NCBI GenBank assembly: GCA_012965905.1
Contig: DTRN01000181.1
Coordinates: forward strand, 2,846 to 49,177
Source of the DNA: Nitrospirales bacterium
Lineage (GTDB): Bacteria > Nitrospirota > Nitrospiria > Nitrospirales > UBA2166
Length of the DNA stretch: 46,332 nt
Reading direction: 5' to 3'
Position numbers and translations under genes: made by a program. A model generated the notes under the pieces. It searched no databases. It had not been told where the DNA came from and saw only the letters and a list, made by a program, of their open reading frames with translations. Shown here one piece after another: positions 9,359 to 19,048 of this stretch. The stretch's first letter is position 1. Every line of letters begins with the position of its first letter.

Positions 9359-9406
9359 ATGAGTTACCCTCCTTCGTTAGATAGTGTTCTGTCATTCTTG
9401 TCATAC

Positions 9407-10168
9407 TCATGCCATTAACATACCACCATTCACGTGGAGAACCTGGCCTGTGATATAACTCGCCTCTTTGGAAACCAGAAAGCTCACAGCCTGTGCAATA
9501 TCTTCTGGAGCACCCAATCGCCCGCAGGGTATTTGTTTGATAAGAGACTCGCGTGCCGCTGGCGGCATTGCCTGAGTCATTGCCGTATCAATGAACCCCG
9601 GTGCGACCGCATTTGCTGTAATTCCTCGACTCGCGTACTCGCGCGCAACCACTTTTGTAAATGCGATCAGCCCGCCTTTCGAAGCCGCATAGTTTGCCTG
9701 ACCAGGGTTACCCATAGCTCCCACGATCGAGGCGATACTTACGATACGTCCACTTCGATTCTTTACCATACTGGGCAACACTGCTTTTGTACAGTAAAAG
9801 GCGCCGGTAAGATTCACGCTCAGAACTTGATCCCAGGCATCTTCAGCCAACCGTAAGAGAAGGCCATCTTTGGTAATGCCTGCATTATTGACGAGAATGT
9901 CTATCTTTTCCCATTCTCCGACAACACGTTTGATCACTGACTTGACAGATCCAAGATCTGCAACGTTGAGAGCGTGACTGGAAGATTGACTTCCAGATCT
10001 GACGATCTCAGCAGCAATGGACTCAGCCTCTTGAGCATTTAAGTCGCCAATAATAACGTGGGCTCCGTCGCGGGCCAACGAGGTTGCGATCGCCTTCCCG
10101 ATGCCTTGCGCTCCACCAGTGACCAGCGCGATTTGACCATCCAACCTGCCAGACGCCGAGTTACCCAT
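9407..10168 (-). CDS. fabG: 3-oxoacyl-ACP reductase
   Basis: SDR with ALVTGGAQGIGKAIA, NNAGI and YAASKGG (YxxxK). The start MGNSASGRLDGQIALVTGG at 10168 overlaps the fabD stop by 8 nt. Confidence 0.9.
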   Translation of the reverse strand: MGNSASGRLDGQIALVTGGAQGIGKAIATSLARDGAHVIIGDLNAQEAESIAAEIVRSGSQSSSHALNVADLGSVKSVIKRVVGEWEKIDILVNNAGITKDGLLLRLAEDAWDQVLSVNLTGAFYCTKAVLPSMVKNRSGRIVSIASIVGAMGNPGQANYAASKGGLIAFTKVVAREYASRGITANAVAPGFIDTAMTQAMPPAARESLIKQIPCGRLGAPEDIAQAVSFLVSKEASYITGQVLHVNGGMLMA

Positions 10169-11156
10169 TGGCAAGCGCTTCAACGACGCAGTGGAGGCTC
10201 TCTGGGTCCTGTACACTGAACACACGAACCTTCGTCGTAATACTTTTCATCAATCGAGATAACACCGCACCAGGCCCAATTTCAATAAAAACGTTAATGC
10301 CCATGGACACAAGCGTGTTTATTGAATCCTCCCATAGCACAGGAGACGGGAGTTGTGCAAGAAGTGATGCACGGACATCATCGCGAGACCGAATCGATTC
10401 TGCATGGACGTTGTTAACCAATGGCACGTCCAAATCTCGTATATCAACCAAGTCAAGATCAATGGCGAGCCGCTCCGCAGCTTTTGCCATCAATGGAGTG
10501 TGAACCGGCACACTAACGGGCAAACGCACGGCACGGCCTTTATGTTGTTCATGGATTAATCGCAATGCTTCTTCCACAGCCTCTGATTCTCCCGCAATGA
10601 CTACCTGACGGGGACTATTGAAATTCGCGGGACAGACAATCCCAAAACGTGAAGCCGTTTGGCAGGCCTGTGCGATTGCGTCGCGTGGCACCCCAAGAAC
10701 GGCAGCGACTATTCCGTGTCCTGTGCCGGCAGCTTCTTGCATATACTGGCCTCGTTTTCGTACCAGACGGACGGCGTCAGAAAACTCCATCCCACCGGCC
10801 GCAACAACAGCGCTCCATTCTCCAAGGCTATGGCCGGCAACCGCCAATGGTGCTATATCGGCACGAATCAGCCCGCGTAACGCTGCGACACTCACAGTGA
10901 GCATTGCCGGTTGTGTGTTTTCTGTAAGATTTAAGCGCGTATTCGGGCCATCGAAACAGAGCGCGGGAAGATCAAAACCGAGCGCAGCGCTTGCCGCATC
11001 AAACACCTGCTTCGCTTCCGGATCAGTTTCATAAAAGAGCTTACCCATTCCAATGCACTGCGATCCCTGCCCTGGAAAAACGAATGCAACGCGGGGCCGT
11101 GATTTCTCAGGCGTCCTATCCAACGATGAACTCCCCGCCATCGATCGCAATGACAT
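10161..11156 (-). CDS. fabD: Malonyl CoA-ACP transacylase
   Basis: FVFPGQGSQ and the active-site motif GHSLGEWSA. The start is ambiguous (11156 or 11141), and either choice overlaps the end of the upstream reductase gene. Confidence 0.9.
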   Translation of the reverse strand: MSLRSMAGSSSLDRTPEKSRPRVAFVFPGQGSQCIGMGKLFYETDPEAKQVFDAASAALGFDLPALCFDGPNTRLNLTENTQPAMLTVSVAALRGLIRADIAPLAVAGHSLGEWSAVVAAGGMEFSDAVRLVRKRGQYMQEAAGTGHGIVAAVLGVPRDAIAQACQTASRFGIVCPANFNSPRQVVIAGESEAVEEALRLIHEQHKGRAVRLPVSVPVHTPLMAKAAERLAIDLDLVDIRDLDVPLVNNVHAESIRSRDDVRASLLAQLPSPVLWEDSINTLVSMGINVFIEIGPGAVLSRLMKSITTKVRVFSVQDPESLHCVVEALANG

Positions 11157-11928
11157 TTCCAGTCATCCACTGTGTATTGCTGTGGCTTAGTACTGCCAGT
11201 GCCTTGGCCACATCATCCGGTGTGGTCAGCCGTCGTGAGGGGTTTTTTTGTAACGCACGTTCGAGCATTTCGGTAGATCCAGGAATTTTTCGAAGTGCTG
11301 GGGTGTCGGTCACGCCTGCCATGATCGCATTGGCCGTAACTCCTACGGGAGCAAGCTCTAAGGCGAGTTGGCGAATATGGGATTCGAGTGCAGCTTTCGC
11401 GGCAGACACGGCTCCATAATTTGGCCACACTTTCGCTCCTCCAGCACTTGTGAGTGCAAAAATACGCCCCCCCTTCCCCATAAGTTTACGGGCCACCAGA
11501 TCCTGCACCCAATAGACTAAGCTATTGGCCATCACGTCAATTGTCATATCAACTTGGGCCTTGGTCACAGCTTTAGCGTGATCTTCGGCGATAAAGAGTC
11601 GCAGCGTTCCAAACGCGAGGGAATGGAGCAAGACACGTATTCTGCCGTTTCCGGCATTGCCGGTCAGCTTTTCTGTTATTGAATCAATAATAGCATTTCG
11701 CTTCTCTGCATCGGCAGCATTAGCGTTTACAAAGACCGCTTCTCGTCCCATACCGCGAAGTGTTTGTACAAGATCTTCTACTTGTGGAAGCGTTGACTTT
11801 CGATCGAGATGAACTCCAAAAATATTCATTCCCTGTGATGCCAGTTCAACCGCGCAAGCAGCACCAAATCCACTTGAGGCGCCTAAGATGAGTGCCCACT
11901 CGCCTACAAGATCATTGTTTTCTTCCAT
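11116..11928 (-). CDS. fabL: SDR-family enoyl-ACP reductase, FabL-like
   Basis: Has a Rossmann motif (LGASSGFG) and a Y-x6-K catalytic spacing (YGAVSAAKAALE), which is typical of FabI/FabL enoyl reductases rather than classical YxxxK SDRs. It is overall collinear with B. subtilis FabL as I recall it, and it sits between fabH and fabD. Confidence 0.6.
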   Translation of the reverse strand: MEENNDLVGEWALILGASSGFGAACAVELASQGMNIFGVHLDRKSTLPQVEDLVQTLRGMGREAVFVNANAADAEKRNAIIDSITEKLTGNAGNGRIRVLLHSLAFGTLRLFIAEDHAKAVTKAQVDMTIDVMANSLVYWVQDLVARKLMGKGGRIFALTSAGGAKVWPNYGAVSAAKAALESHIRQLALELAPVGVTANAIMAGVTDTPALRKIPGSTEMLERALQKNPSRRLTTPDDVAKALAVLSHSNTQWMTGNVIAIDGGEFIVG

Positions 11929-11942
11929 AGCGTTCCTCTATA

Positions 11943-12920
11943 TCACCATCGAATCAGTGTTGATGCCCACGTGAGGCCACTTCCAAACGCTACCAAGAGC
12001 ACACGAGTGCCGTCTTTGATCCGGTTCGCCCTCACCATTTCGTCAAGTGCCAATGGTATTGATGCCGCAGAGGTATTCCCGTATTGCCCGATGTTCATCA
12101 CGACTCGCTCCATCGGTAGTTGTAGCCGCTTCGCAGTCGCTTCAATAATCCTTGAATTCGCTTGATGAGGAATAAAAATATCAATGTCATCTATTGTAAG
12201 ATGATGTGCTGATAATGCTTCACGTGCGGCCTGTTCCATCATTTTTACAGCAAGCTTAAACGTCGCACTTCCTCTCATCTTGATAAAATTGAGTCGCTCG
12301 TTCAGGACAGTTTCCGACAGCGGTTGTTGTGATCCCCCTCCCGGAACGCAAATTAAATCCCAACGTTGACCATTGGAGTGGAGATGGTTCGAGAGAATCC
12401 CATTCTCGCCATCGACGCCTTGTACGACAGCGGCACCAGCGCCGTCGCCAAAAAGGATGCAGGTCGTCCGATCGGTCGAATCAGTTACTGACGACATCAC
12501 CTCTGTGCCGACAACCAGCACATTCCGATACGTTTCAGCTCGAATGTAGTGATCCGCAATCGAGAGCGCAAACAAAAACCCTGAACATGCCGCAGAGACA
12601 TCAAAGGCTACGGCCGCTGTGGCTCCTAGGTTCCTTTGAATGAGGCATGCCGTTGATGGAAACGGCATGTCAGGCGTGCAGGTCGCAACAATGATGAGAT
12701 CGACGTCTGCCTGGTCAAGATGCGCACATGACAGTGCAGATGCAGCCGCCTTGGTGCCTAAGGCTGAGCTTCCTTCACCCGGGGAAGCGATATGGCGACT
12801 GCGGATGCCCGTCCGCTCAGTAATCCATTGATCGGAGGTGTCAACACTTCGTTCGAGGTCGGAATTGGTGAGGACTGAGTGTGGAACATATGATCCGGTT
12901 CCAATGATTTTTGCCCTCAT
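11943..12920 (-). CDS. fabH: 3-oxoacyl-ACP synthase III
   Basis: Active-site AACSGF, HQAN, and GNTSAASIPLAL. It overlaps plsX by 4 nt. Confidence 0.93.
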   Translation of the reverse strand: MRAKIIGTGSYVPHSVLTNSDLERSVDTSDQWITERTGIRSRHIASPGEGSSALGTKAAASALSCAHLDQADVDLIIVATCTPDMPFPSTACLIQRNLGATAAVAFDVSAACSGFLFALSIADHYIRAETYRNVLVVGTEVMSSVTDSTDRTTCILFGDGAGAAVVQGVDGENGILSNHLHSNGQRWDLICVPGGGSQQPLSETVLNERLNFIKMRGSATFKLAVKMMEQAAREALSAHHLTIDDIDIFIPHQANSRIIEATAKRLQLPMERVVMNIGQYGNTSAASIPLALDEMVRANRIKDGTRVLLVAFGSGLTWASTLIRW

Positions 12921-13951
12921 CCCTTGGCGCTCGTGGAATCCTGAGTACTCACGAACGCCGTTTCGCGCGTGACTGTGCCTTGTATACGTTCATTCATCTT
13001 TTGGTGTATGAGCTGACGTGCGAGCCGCACCGCACTATAAATCGCCTTTGCCGACGATCGTCCATGACAAATGACACATGTTCCATTCACACCCAGGAGC
13101 GGCGCACCACCGAACTCTGCGTAATCTACTCGTTTTTTGAATCGATGAAACGCGGGCCGCAATAAGGCATATCCTAGCTTTCCGATACGCGAGTGGCTAA
13201 TGTCCTTTACCAACATCTTGGTCATGACCTCAGCAACACCCTCACTAATCTTTAGTCCAACATTTCCAATAAACCCATCACACACGATCACATCAGCCAT
13301 CCCGGTATAGACGTCTCGCCCTTCCACGTTCCCCACGAAATTCAACGAGCTATTTTTCAACATGCGAAAAGCTTCCCGGGTCACTTCATTACCCTTTTCG
13401 TCTTCCTCCCCGATACTCAGCAGCCCAATCTTCGGATTTACCTCCCCAAGTACCTGTTTCGCATACTCATGTCCCATTATGGCAAACTGATAGAGCTGAT
13501 GGGGAAGACAGTCAACCGTTGCACCAACATCAAGCATAATTGCCTGCCCGTTCAACGTTGGCAGGGTTGCGGCAATCGCTGGTCGCTCTATTCCCTTCAG
13601 GACACCCCACAGAAAGAAGGCTGAAACCATGGTGGCACCTGTATTCCCCGCGCTAATGACAGCCGCAGCCTCGCCCCTCTGCACAAGCTCTGTCGCCACC
13701 CAAATTGACGAGTCGCGTTTCTTGCGCGCAACCGAAGACGGGGCCTCGTGCATTTCAACTTGTTGGGTGGCATGCTGAATGGAAATGGCAGATGGCACAT
13801 CGGCCACGGTGTCACGCAAATGGCCACGAAGCACGGATTCATCTCCGACGAGAATGATGCCGACGTCGAGGTCGCGCGCCGCGAGGCACGCCCCTTTGAC
13901 CACTTGGGCTGGTGCCCGGTCCCCCCCCATAGCATCGACTGCAATTTTCAC
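12917..13951 (-). CDS. plsX: Phosphate acyltransferase PlsX
   Basis: MKIAVDAMGGDRAP N-terminus and the GNTGA motif. The rpmF-plsX-fabH synteny is canonical. Confidence 0.93.
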   Translation of the reverse strand: MKIAVDAMGGDRAPAQVVKGACLAARDLDVGIILVGDESVLRGHLRDTVADVPSAISIQHATQQVEMHEAPSSVARKKRDSSIWVATELVQRGEAAAVISAGNTGATMVSAFFLWGVLKGIERPAIAATLPTLNGQAIMLDVGATVDCLPHQLYQFAIMGHEYAKQVLGEVNPKIGLLSIGEEDEKGNEVTREAFRMLKNSSLNFVGNVEGRDVYTGMADVIVCDGFIGNVGLKISEGVAEVMTKMLVKDISHSRIGKLGYALLRPAFHRFKKRVDYAEFGGAPLLGVNGTCVICHGRSSAKAIYSAVRLARQLIHQKMNERIQGTVTRETAFVSTQDSTSAKG

Positions 13952-13980
13952 GTGGCTAGACGCGGGAGAAAACGAGGAGG

Positions 13981-14163
13981 TTAGGACTCCTTGGTCGCAA
14001 TAACCTCGTTCCCCTTATACGTTCCGCAGGCGAGACAAGCATAATGGGGCAATTTTGGTTCATGGCATTGCGGGCAGTTCGAGAAGGATGGGAGACGTAG
14101 TCTGTCGTGTGTACGACGCTTATCTCGTCTCATTTTGGTGTGACGATGCTTTGGATTAGCCAT
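13981..14163 (-). CDS. rpmF: 50S ribosomal protein L32
   Basis: MANPKHRHTKMRRDKRRTH... with a CxxC...CxxC zinc knuckle. Confidence 0.93.
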   Translation of the reverse strand: MANPKHRHTKMRRDKRRTHDRLRLPSFSNCPQCHEPKLPHYACLACGTYKGNEVIATKES

Positions 14164-14168
14164 GTTCG

Positions 14169-14705
14169 TTATCCTAATGTCTGTTTCACGTGTTGTAGTG
14201 CAATAAAGCGAGCGTCAGGTTGAATCGCCGAACATCCACATTGGGTACCGTTCAAGTTCTGTCCACACACAACACATAGTCCCTGACAATCCTGACGACA
14301 GTACGAATACGGTGGCACAGCAAGGACCACCTGCTCACGAATAATTGGTCGGATATCTAAGTGCATCCCGGCATAGGTATACATATCATCGACAGGGCTC
14401 ACTTCACCGGTCTCATGTATGTCACTGGTCGTCGCTGTCTCGGGGAAGCATCGTAACGTCACGACAGGATGCACTGACGTCATGACAAGCGCAAGGCAGC
14501 GACAACACTGAAGCACGATATTTGCTGAGATTTCTGCTTGTATCGTGACAATGGCGCCATCCCTCCAGAGCTTGAGCTGTCCCGTAACATTGCCTTCAAT
14601 TTGAATTCCATCGTCTGTGAATCCAAGACCCTCGGGAGACTCCGAGAATGATTGGGTAAGCCCTGCTGTATAACCCTGCGGGACATCTGATACAGGATAT
14701 CTCAC
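14169..14705 (-). CDS. yceD: DUF177/YceD-family protein (large-subunit ribosome maturation factor)
   Basis: Sits in the conserved position directly upstream of rpmF. The size and the C-terminal Cys cluster (CRQDCQGLCVVCGQNLN) are typical of the family. Confidence 0.7.
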   Translation of the reverse strand: MRYPVSDVPQGYTAGLTQSFSESPEGLGFTDDGIQIEGNVTGQLKLWRDGAIVTIQAEISANIVLQCCRCLALVMTSVHPVVTLRCFPETATTSDIHETGEVSPVDDMYTYAGMHLDIRPIIREQVVLAVPPYSYCRQDCQGLCVVCGQNLNGTQCGCSAIQPDARFIALQHVKQTLG

Positions 14706-14723
14706 GACGAATGCCAGAGAACA

Positions 14724-14951
14724 TTAGCGCCGTTCTTCTGCGAACGCTAGAAGTGCAATATTTCTCGCGCGTTTGATTTCTGTGGTTAATGCTCGCTGAT
14801 GTCGCATACAGTTTCCGGAAACTCGGCGCGGAATAATTCGCCCTCGTTCCGTTAAAAATACGCGCAACGTGGACGAGTCCTTATAATCCACTGTCATGTT
14901 CTCATGACAAAATCTGCAAACTCGACTTCGACTAAACCTTGAGCGCTCCAA
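14724..14951 (-). CDS. rpsR: 30S ribosomal protein S18
   Basis: [45 protein letters not shown] start preceded by AAGGAGA. Confidence 0.9.
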   Translation of the reverse strand: MERSRFSRSRVCRFCHENMTVDYKDSSTLRVFLTERGRIIPRRVSGNCMRHQRALTTEIKRARNIALLAFAEERR

Positions 14952-15007
14952 CCTTGTTTCTCCTTCTTACGTAGCTAGGTCGTGGACTGAATCTTTCATC
15001 GAGACGG

Positions 15008-15397
15008 CTAGTTCCCCTCACCTGGCGCTTCATCAACATGGCGGTCATCCCTCTCAGAGGATGTGTCCTGGCGCTTTGGCATAAAGGTCACGTTAAGAGC
15101 GACCACTTCGTGCTTACTGCGCTTTTGGCCGTCAGCCGTTTCCCAACGACGCTGGTTCAGTCGCCCGTCGACAATGACCCCATTTCCTTTTGCAAGGTAT
15201 TGCTTACAATTCTCTGCCTGTTTTCCAAATACGACAATATCGACGAAACAGACTTCATCTTTCAACTCTTCCTCTTGACGAAATCGCCGACTCACCGCTA
15301 GGCTAAATTCGGTAACCGACACCCCCTTAGGGGTATAGCGAAGATCAGGGTCTTTCGTGAGATTCCCCATGAGAATGACCTTGTTAAACGACGACAC
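15008..15397 (-). CDS. ssb: Single-stranded DNA-binding protein, short form lacking the canonical C-terminal tip
   Basis: The OB fold begins SSFNKVILMGNLTKDPDLRYTPKG. GTG at 15397 is preceded by GGAGGA, and the ORF-track start at 15451 lies inside rpsF. The arrangement is rpsF-ssb-rpsR. Confidence 0.85.
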   Translation of the reverse strand: MSSFNKVILMGNLTKDPDLRYTPKGVSVTEFSLAVSRRFRQEEELKDEVCFVDIVVFGKQAENCKQYLAKGNGVIVDGRLNQRRWETADGQKRSKHEVVALNVTFMPKRQDTSSERDDRHVDEAPGEGN

Positions 15398-15743
15398 TCG
15401 TTGGTTCCTCCACTTCACTGCTGGGCGCCGTGTCATGAGAGGTCTTCTCAATCCGAAGTGTCATAGATTTCAGAATCATATCGTGGATTCGATTTGCGCT
15501 TTGGAGCGGTTGAATAACGGCCCCTTTTCCACGAAAACTAAAGCAAAGATAGACCCCTTTTCGCTCACCTTTTACTTCATACGCAAGTTTCCGCTTACCC
15601 CACTTGTCGACTTTTATAATTGTGCTCCCGCCCTGTTCAAGGCGGGCGGTATAGGCGTCGCTAAACTGCTGAATTTCTGGATCGCCCAACGAAGGCCTCA
15701 GAATTACCACGGATTCATACATTCGCGTTTCTTCTCGATTCAT
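15384..15743 (-). CDS. rpsF: 30S ribosomal protein S6
   Basis: MYESVVILRPSL...KWGKRKLAYEV is S6. The start could be 15743 or 15722. Confidence 0.9.
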   Translation of the reverse strand: MNREETRMYESVVILRPSLGDPEIQQFSDAYTARLEQGGSTIIKVDKWGKRKLAYEVKGERKGVYLCFSFRGKGAVIQPLQSANRIHDMILKSMTLRIEKTSHDTAPSSEVEEPTSVVV

Positions 15744-15771
15744 TTTCTCCCCTACCCACCTCCGCAGTGGA

Positions 15772-16404
15772 CTACTGCGGATATCCCTCGTGGGGCATCA
15801 CAGGCGGTTCATTCTTGCGACTATTAAACTGATTCATCGCTCTTGTAAGACCATCACACACGAGACATTGTACCGCAGCTGTGGCGCGCTCTGTTATTGT
15901 TTCAAACTCTAATCGATCCTTCTCTGTCATTGGAGACAACACATAATCAGTAGTCGTCATCGGGTATGTTGGACGCCCAACTCCAATTCTTATTCGAGTA
16001 AATGGGTTGTCTTTGCGCTGCGCAATAATTGACTCGACACCACGGTGCCCACCATCACCACCACCATGTTGAATTTTGAGCCTTCCACGATCAAGATCCA
16101 AATCATCATGAATCACAACCAAGTCAGATGTTGATGATACAGATTCTTTGTACAAAGCAGTCACCACATCTCCGCTGTTATTCATAAACGTTTGCGGTTT
16201 GACCAGGATGACATGCTCATCCGCGACCATTCCAACTCCGACGAGAAACCCTGCGCCACGCTGAAACAACACACCACATTCTTCGGCAACCTTATCAAGG
16301 ACCAGAAACCCTATGTTATGCCGAGTCCATTCGTAGCGAATTCCTGGATTTCCAAGTCCAACGACAAGGTGTGTAGCAATTGAACGTATCTCCCCAAGTC
16401 TCAA
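15772..16404 (-). CDS. pth: Peptidyl-tRNA hydrolase
   Basis: LVVGLGNPG..Y..TRHNIGF and HDDLDL motifs. It overlaps rplY by 4 nt. Confidence 0.9.
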   Translation of the reverse strand: MRLGEIRSIATHLVVGLGNPGIRYEWTRHNIGFLVLDKVAEECGVLFQRGAGFLVGVGMVADEHVILVKPQTFMNNSGDVVTALYKESVSSTSDLVVIHDDLDLDRGRLKIQHGGGDGGHRGVESIIAQRKDNPFTRIRIGVGRPTYPMTTTDYVLSPMTEKDRLEFETITERATAAVQCLVCDGLTRAMNQFNSRKNEPPVMPHEGYPQ

Positions 16405-17039
16405 GTACTCGGCGTTGCAGGCGCTGGAGTTTCCTGAACCTTTTCCTCGCTCTCACCTTCTGTCGCCTCTACGACTTGCTTCTTAGCACTGATGCTGACA
16501 ACGATCTTTTCAAGGTCATCCTGTATCTTGACGCCCTTCTCAATGGGAATATCCTTGATCTTGACGGTTTGCCCAATATCTAACTTGGACGCATCGATAA
16601 CGACTGAATCAGGAATATCTGCGGGGAGCCCTTCGACAGACAGACGCCGCTGCCTCTGCCGCAGTACTCCGCCAAGTGTCACGCCAAGGGGAATTGATCC
16701 AGCTATCACTATTGGGATCGTAACTTGAATGGGTTGGTCCATTTGAACTTCAAAGAAATCTGCATGGAGAACGTGTCCGCTGATTGGGTCGTACTGGAGG
16801 TCCTTGAGTATTACGTTATGTTGTGCAGCGCCTTTTGTTTTCGCCTCGCCCAACGTGATCAACACATACCCTTGCTGCTTTGAGCGAAGCACATTGTTAA
16901 ACTCTACGGGGTCAAGGGTGAGCGATATCGTTTCCCCTTTCCCATACAGCACTGCAGGAACCTTGCCCTCTCTTCGCAGTTGACGTGCAGCGCCCTTGCC
17001 TGTTTCAGTTCTCTTGGTTAGGGTCAGATGACAATTCAT
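16401..17039 (-). CDS. rplY: 50S ribosomal protein L25, Ctc (long) form
   Basis: GKGAARQLRREGKVPAVLYGKG N-terminus. At 212 aa with an acidic C-terminal extension it is the Ctc form. Confidence 0.9.
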   Translation of the reverse strand: MNCHLTLTKRTETGKGAARQLRREGKVPAVLYGKGETISLTLDPVEFNNVLRSKQQGYVLITLGEAKTKGAAQHNVILKDLQYDPISGHVLHADFFEVQMDQPIQVTIPIVIAGSIPLGVTLGGVLRQRQRRLSVEGLPADIPDSVVIDASKLDIGQTVKIKDIPIEKGVKIQDDLEKIVVSISAKKQVVEATEGESEEKVQETPAPATPST

Positions 17040-17087
17040 CGATTCAGTGTCTCACTCTACTCTTCATAAAGATTAGATCGATCATTT

Positions 17088-18029
17088 CTACACAAACAAT
17101 GAACTCACCGATTCCTCGGCATGAATGCGCGCCACAGCTTCTCCCAACAAGGCGGCAACAGAAAGCACTTTGAGTTTAGAACATTGCTGTTCCTTGCCAT
17201 GAAGAGGGATTGTATTTGTGACGATCACTTCCTCAAGCTCGTTCGCGCTGAGTCGGTCAAGGGCTGCGCCTGAGAGTGTGGCGTGAGTACACGCCGCCCT
17301 CACGCGTTTTGCGCCTTGTTGAGCGCACGCCTTTGCCCCTTGAACGATCGTGCCGGCTGTGTCGATCATGTCGTCAAGCAATAACACATCGCGTCCCTTT
17401 ACATTTCCGATAATGTTCATCACTTCAGTCTGATTAGGTCCCTCACGCCGCTTATCAATAATGGCAAGGTTAAACTTTCGGCGTTTGGCAAAAGCGCGAG
17501 CGCGTTCGACTCCACCCGCATCGGGGGACACCACGACTAAGTCTTCATATCCCACTGCATCGATATAATCGAGAATAACCGGTGTGCCATACAAGTGGTC
17601 GACCGGGATATTAAAAAACCCTTGGATTTGGCCAACATGAAGGTCCATCGTGAGCACACGGTCCGCGCCTGCCGTTGTGATGAGATCCGCTAGCAGTTTC
17701 GCTGAGATCGGGACACGAGATTGCATTTTCCGATCTTGCCTGGCATAGCCATAATAGGGAATCACTGCGGTGATGCGGCGTGGAGAGGAGCGCTTCACTG
17801 CATCCATCATAATGAGCAATTCCATAATGTGTCGGTTAACCGGTGAGGAGCAGGATTGCATAAGGAACACATCCGCCCCACGAATATTTTCCTCGATCCT
17901 AACCTGTATTTCGCCATCACTGAATGTCGAGACCTCGGCATCACCTAATCCAATACCTAGATACTGGCAAACTTCCTTTGCCAGCTCGGGATTCGAATTC
18001 CCAGAAAAAACCTTAAGATTGTCGCCCAA
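17088..18029 (-). CDS. prs: Ribose-phosphate pyrophosphokinase
   Basis: LKVFSGNSNPELA, YYGYARQDRK, and the PRPP loop DDMIDTAGT. Confidence 0.95.
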   Translation of the reverse strand: MGDNLKVFSGNSNPELAKEVCQYLGIGLGDAEVSTFSDGEIQVRIEENIRGADVFLMQSCSSPVNRHIMELLIMMDAVKRSSPRRITAVIPYYGYARQDRKMQSRVPISAKLLADLITTAGADRVLTMDLHVGQIQGFFNIPVDHLYGTPVILDYIDAVGYEDLVVVSPDAGGVERARAFAKRRKFNLAIIDKRREGPNQTEVMNIIGNVKGRDVLLLDDMIDTAGTIVQGAKACAQQGAKRVRAACTHATLSGAALDRLSANELEEVIVTNTIPLHGKEQQCSKLKVLSVAALLGEAVARIHAEESVSSLFV

Positions 18030-18097
18030 CTGCCCATCTCCTCATGTATGTGCAGCATCGCAAAATCCATGCAATTTATCTGATATCAAAGCCCGTG

Positions 18098-19048
18098 TCA
18101 ACCAATCATTTTATGCTCAAGAGATGCTTGGGAAACCTTCGTCGTTGTCACCCAGGTTTGATAATTACCATGCTCAAGAAACTTTCTCTCGGCCGCAGCG
18201 GCGCTCCCTTCTGATGGGTATACACCGAAGACAGTCGACCCACTGCCGGACAGCATGGCAAGGTCTGCCCCCAGCTCATGATGCTTTTGCCGAATCGCAC
18301 CAAGATCCGAGAATCGCTCTTCCATTACCTGCTCAAATTCATTTTGGCAATATGGATAAAGATCCTTAGCCGATCGGGGCGATTGAAGAAAAGTCTGCAC
18401 TGCTTCGTCTTCAGTGAAATGCCCTCTCCCGTCCTGCAACGCTCTCCATTCATCGAGCTGCTCGTATGCCCACGTGGTTGAAATATCAAATGGAGGCCTA
18501 ACCAGCACAACCCATTGCGACGTCGTGATCGTGACGGGAAATACGGTGCTCCCTGCTCCACGAACAATCGATGTAGGCCCATGAAAAAAGAACGGGACAT
18601 CGCTCCCAATGCCAGCTCCAAGCTGCGCACATTCGTCACTCCCCCAGCCAAGACGGAACAAACGATTCATGGCTTGTATGGTTGCCGCGGCATCACTGCT
18701 TCCTCCTCCAAGCCCGGCACCGATCGGGATTCGCTTGATAATTTGAATATGGAGTTTCGGCTGAACACGTGATTTTTCCATGACGGCGCTTGCCGCGCGA
18801 TATACCAGATTTTCCTCGTTGCACGGCAATTGAGCACTGGAACATTCTAGTGTGATGGGCAACGAATCTTGGTGAGCACCCACTGTTTCAAGCGCATCAG
18901 CGGTTACATCGCAAGACAATAGAATGGAATCATGCAGATCGAGCATCTGCATCAAGGACCAGATGTTATGGTACCCATCCGATCGACGGTCAAGGACGGA
19001 AAGAATAAGATTGATTTTTGCGGGGGCAATAACCTCGAGGTATTGCAT
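18098..19048 (-). CDS. ispE: 4-diphosphocytidyl-2-C-methyl-D-erythritol kinase
   Basis: APAKINL N-terminus and the GHMP kinase motif PIGAGLGGGSSDAAA. ispE-prs synteny is common. Confidence 0.9.
   Translation of the reverse strand: MQYLEVIAPAKINLILSVLDRRSDGYHNIWSLMQMLDLHDSILLSCDVTADALETVGAHQDSLPITLECSSAQLPCNEENLVYRAASAVMEKSRVQPKLHIQIIKRIPIGAGLGGGSSDAAATIQAMNRLFRLGWGSDECAQLGAGIGSDVPFFFHGPTSIVRGAGSTVFPVTITTSQWVVLVRPPFDISTTWAYEQLDEWRALQDGRGHFTEDEAVQTFLQSPRSAKDLYPYCQNEFEQVMEERFSDLGAIRQKHHELGADLAMLSGSGSTVFGVYPSEGSAAAAERKFLEHGNYQTWVTTTKVSQASLEHKMIG

Noticed and set aside
13921-13928. C8 homopolymer (G8 on the coding strand) in plsX, as a phase-variation tract
   Set aside because: It encodes the conserved Gly-Gly of the DAMGGD motif in an essential gene, and the reading frame is intact. 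It is more likely a codon-choice coincidence or a sequencing hot spot.
17770-18369. 199-aa ORF on the + strand
   Set aside because: It runs antisense across the prs 5' end, the intergenic gap and the ispE 3' end. It has a low-complexity Ser/Arg/Pro-rich composition and no recognisable motifs, and the opposite strand carries two well-supported genes.
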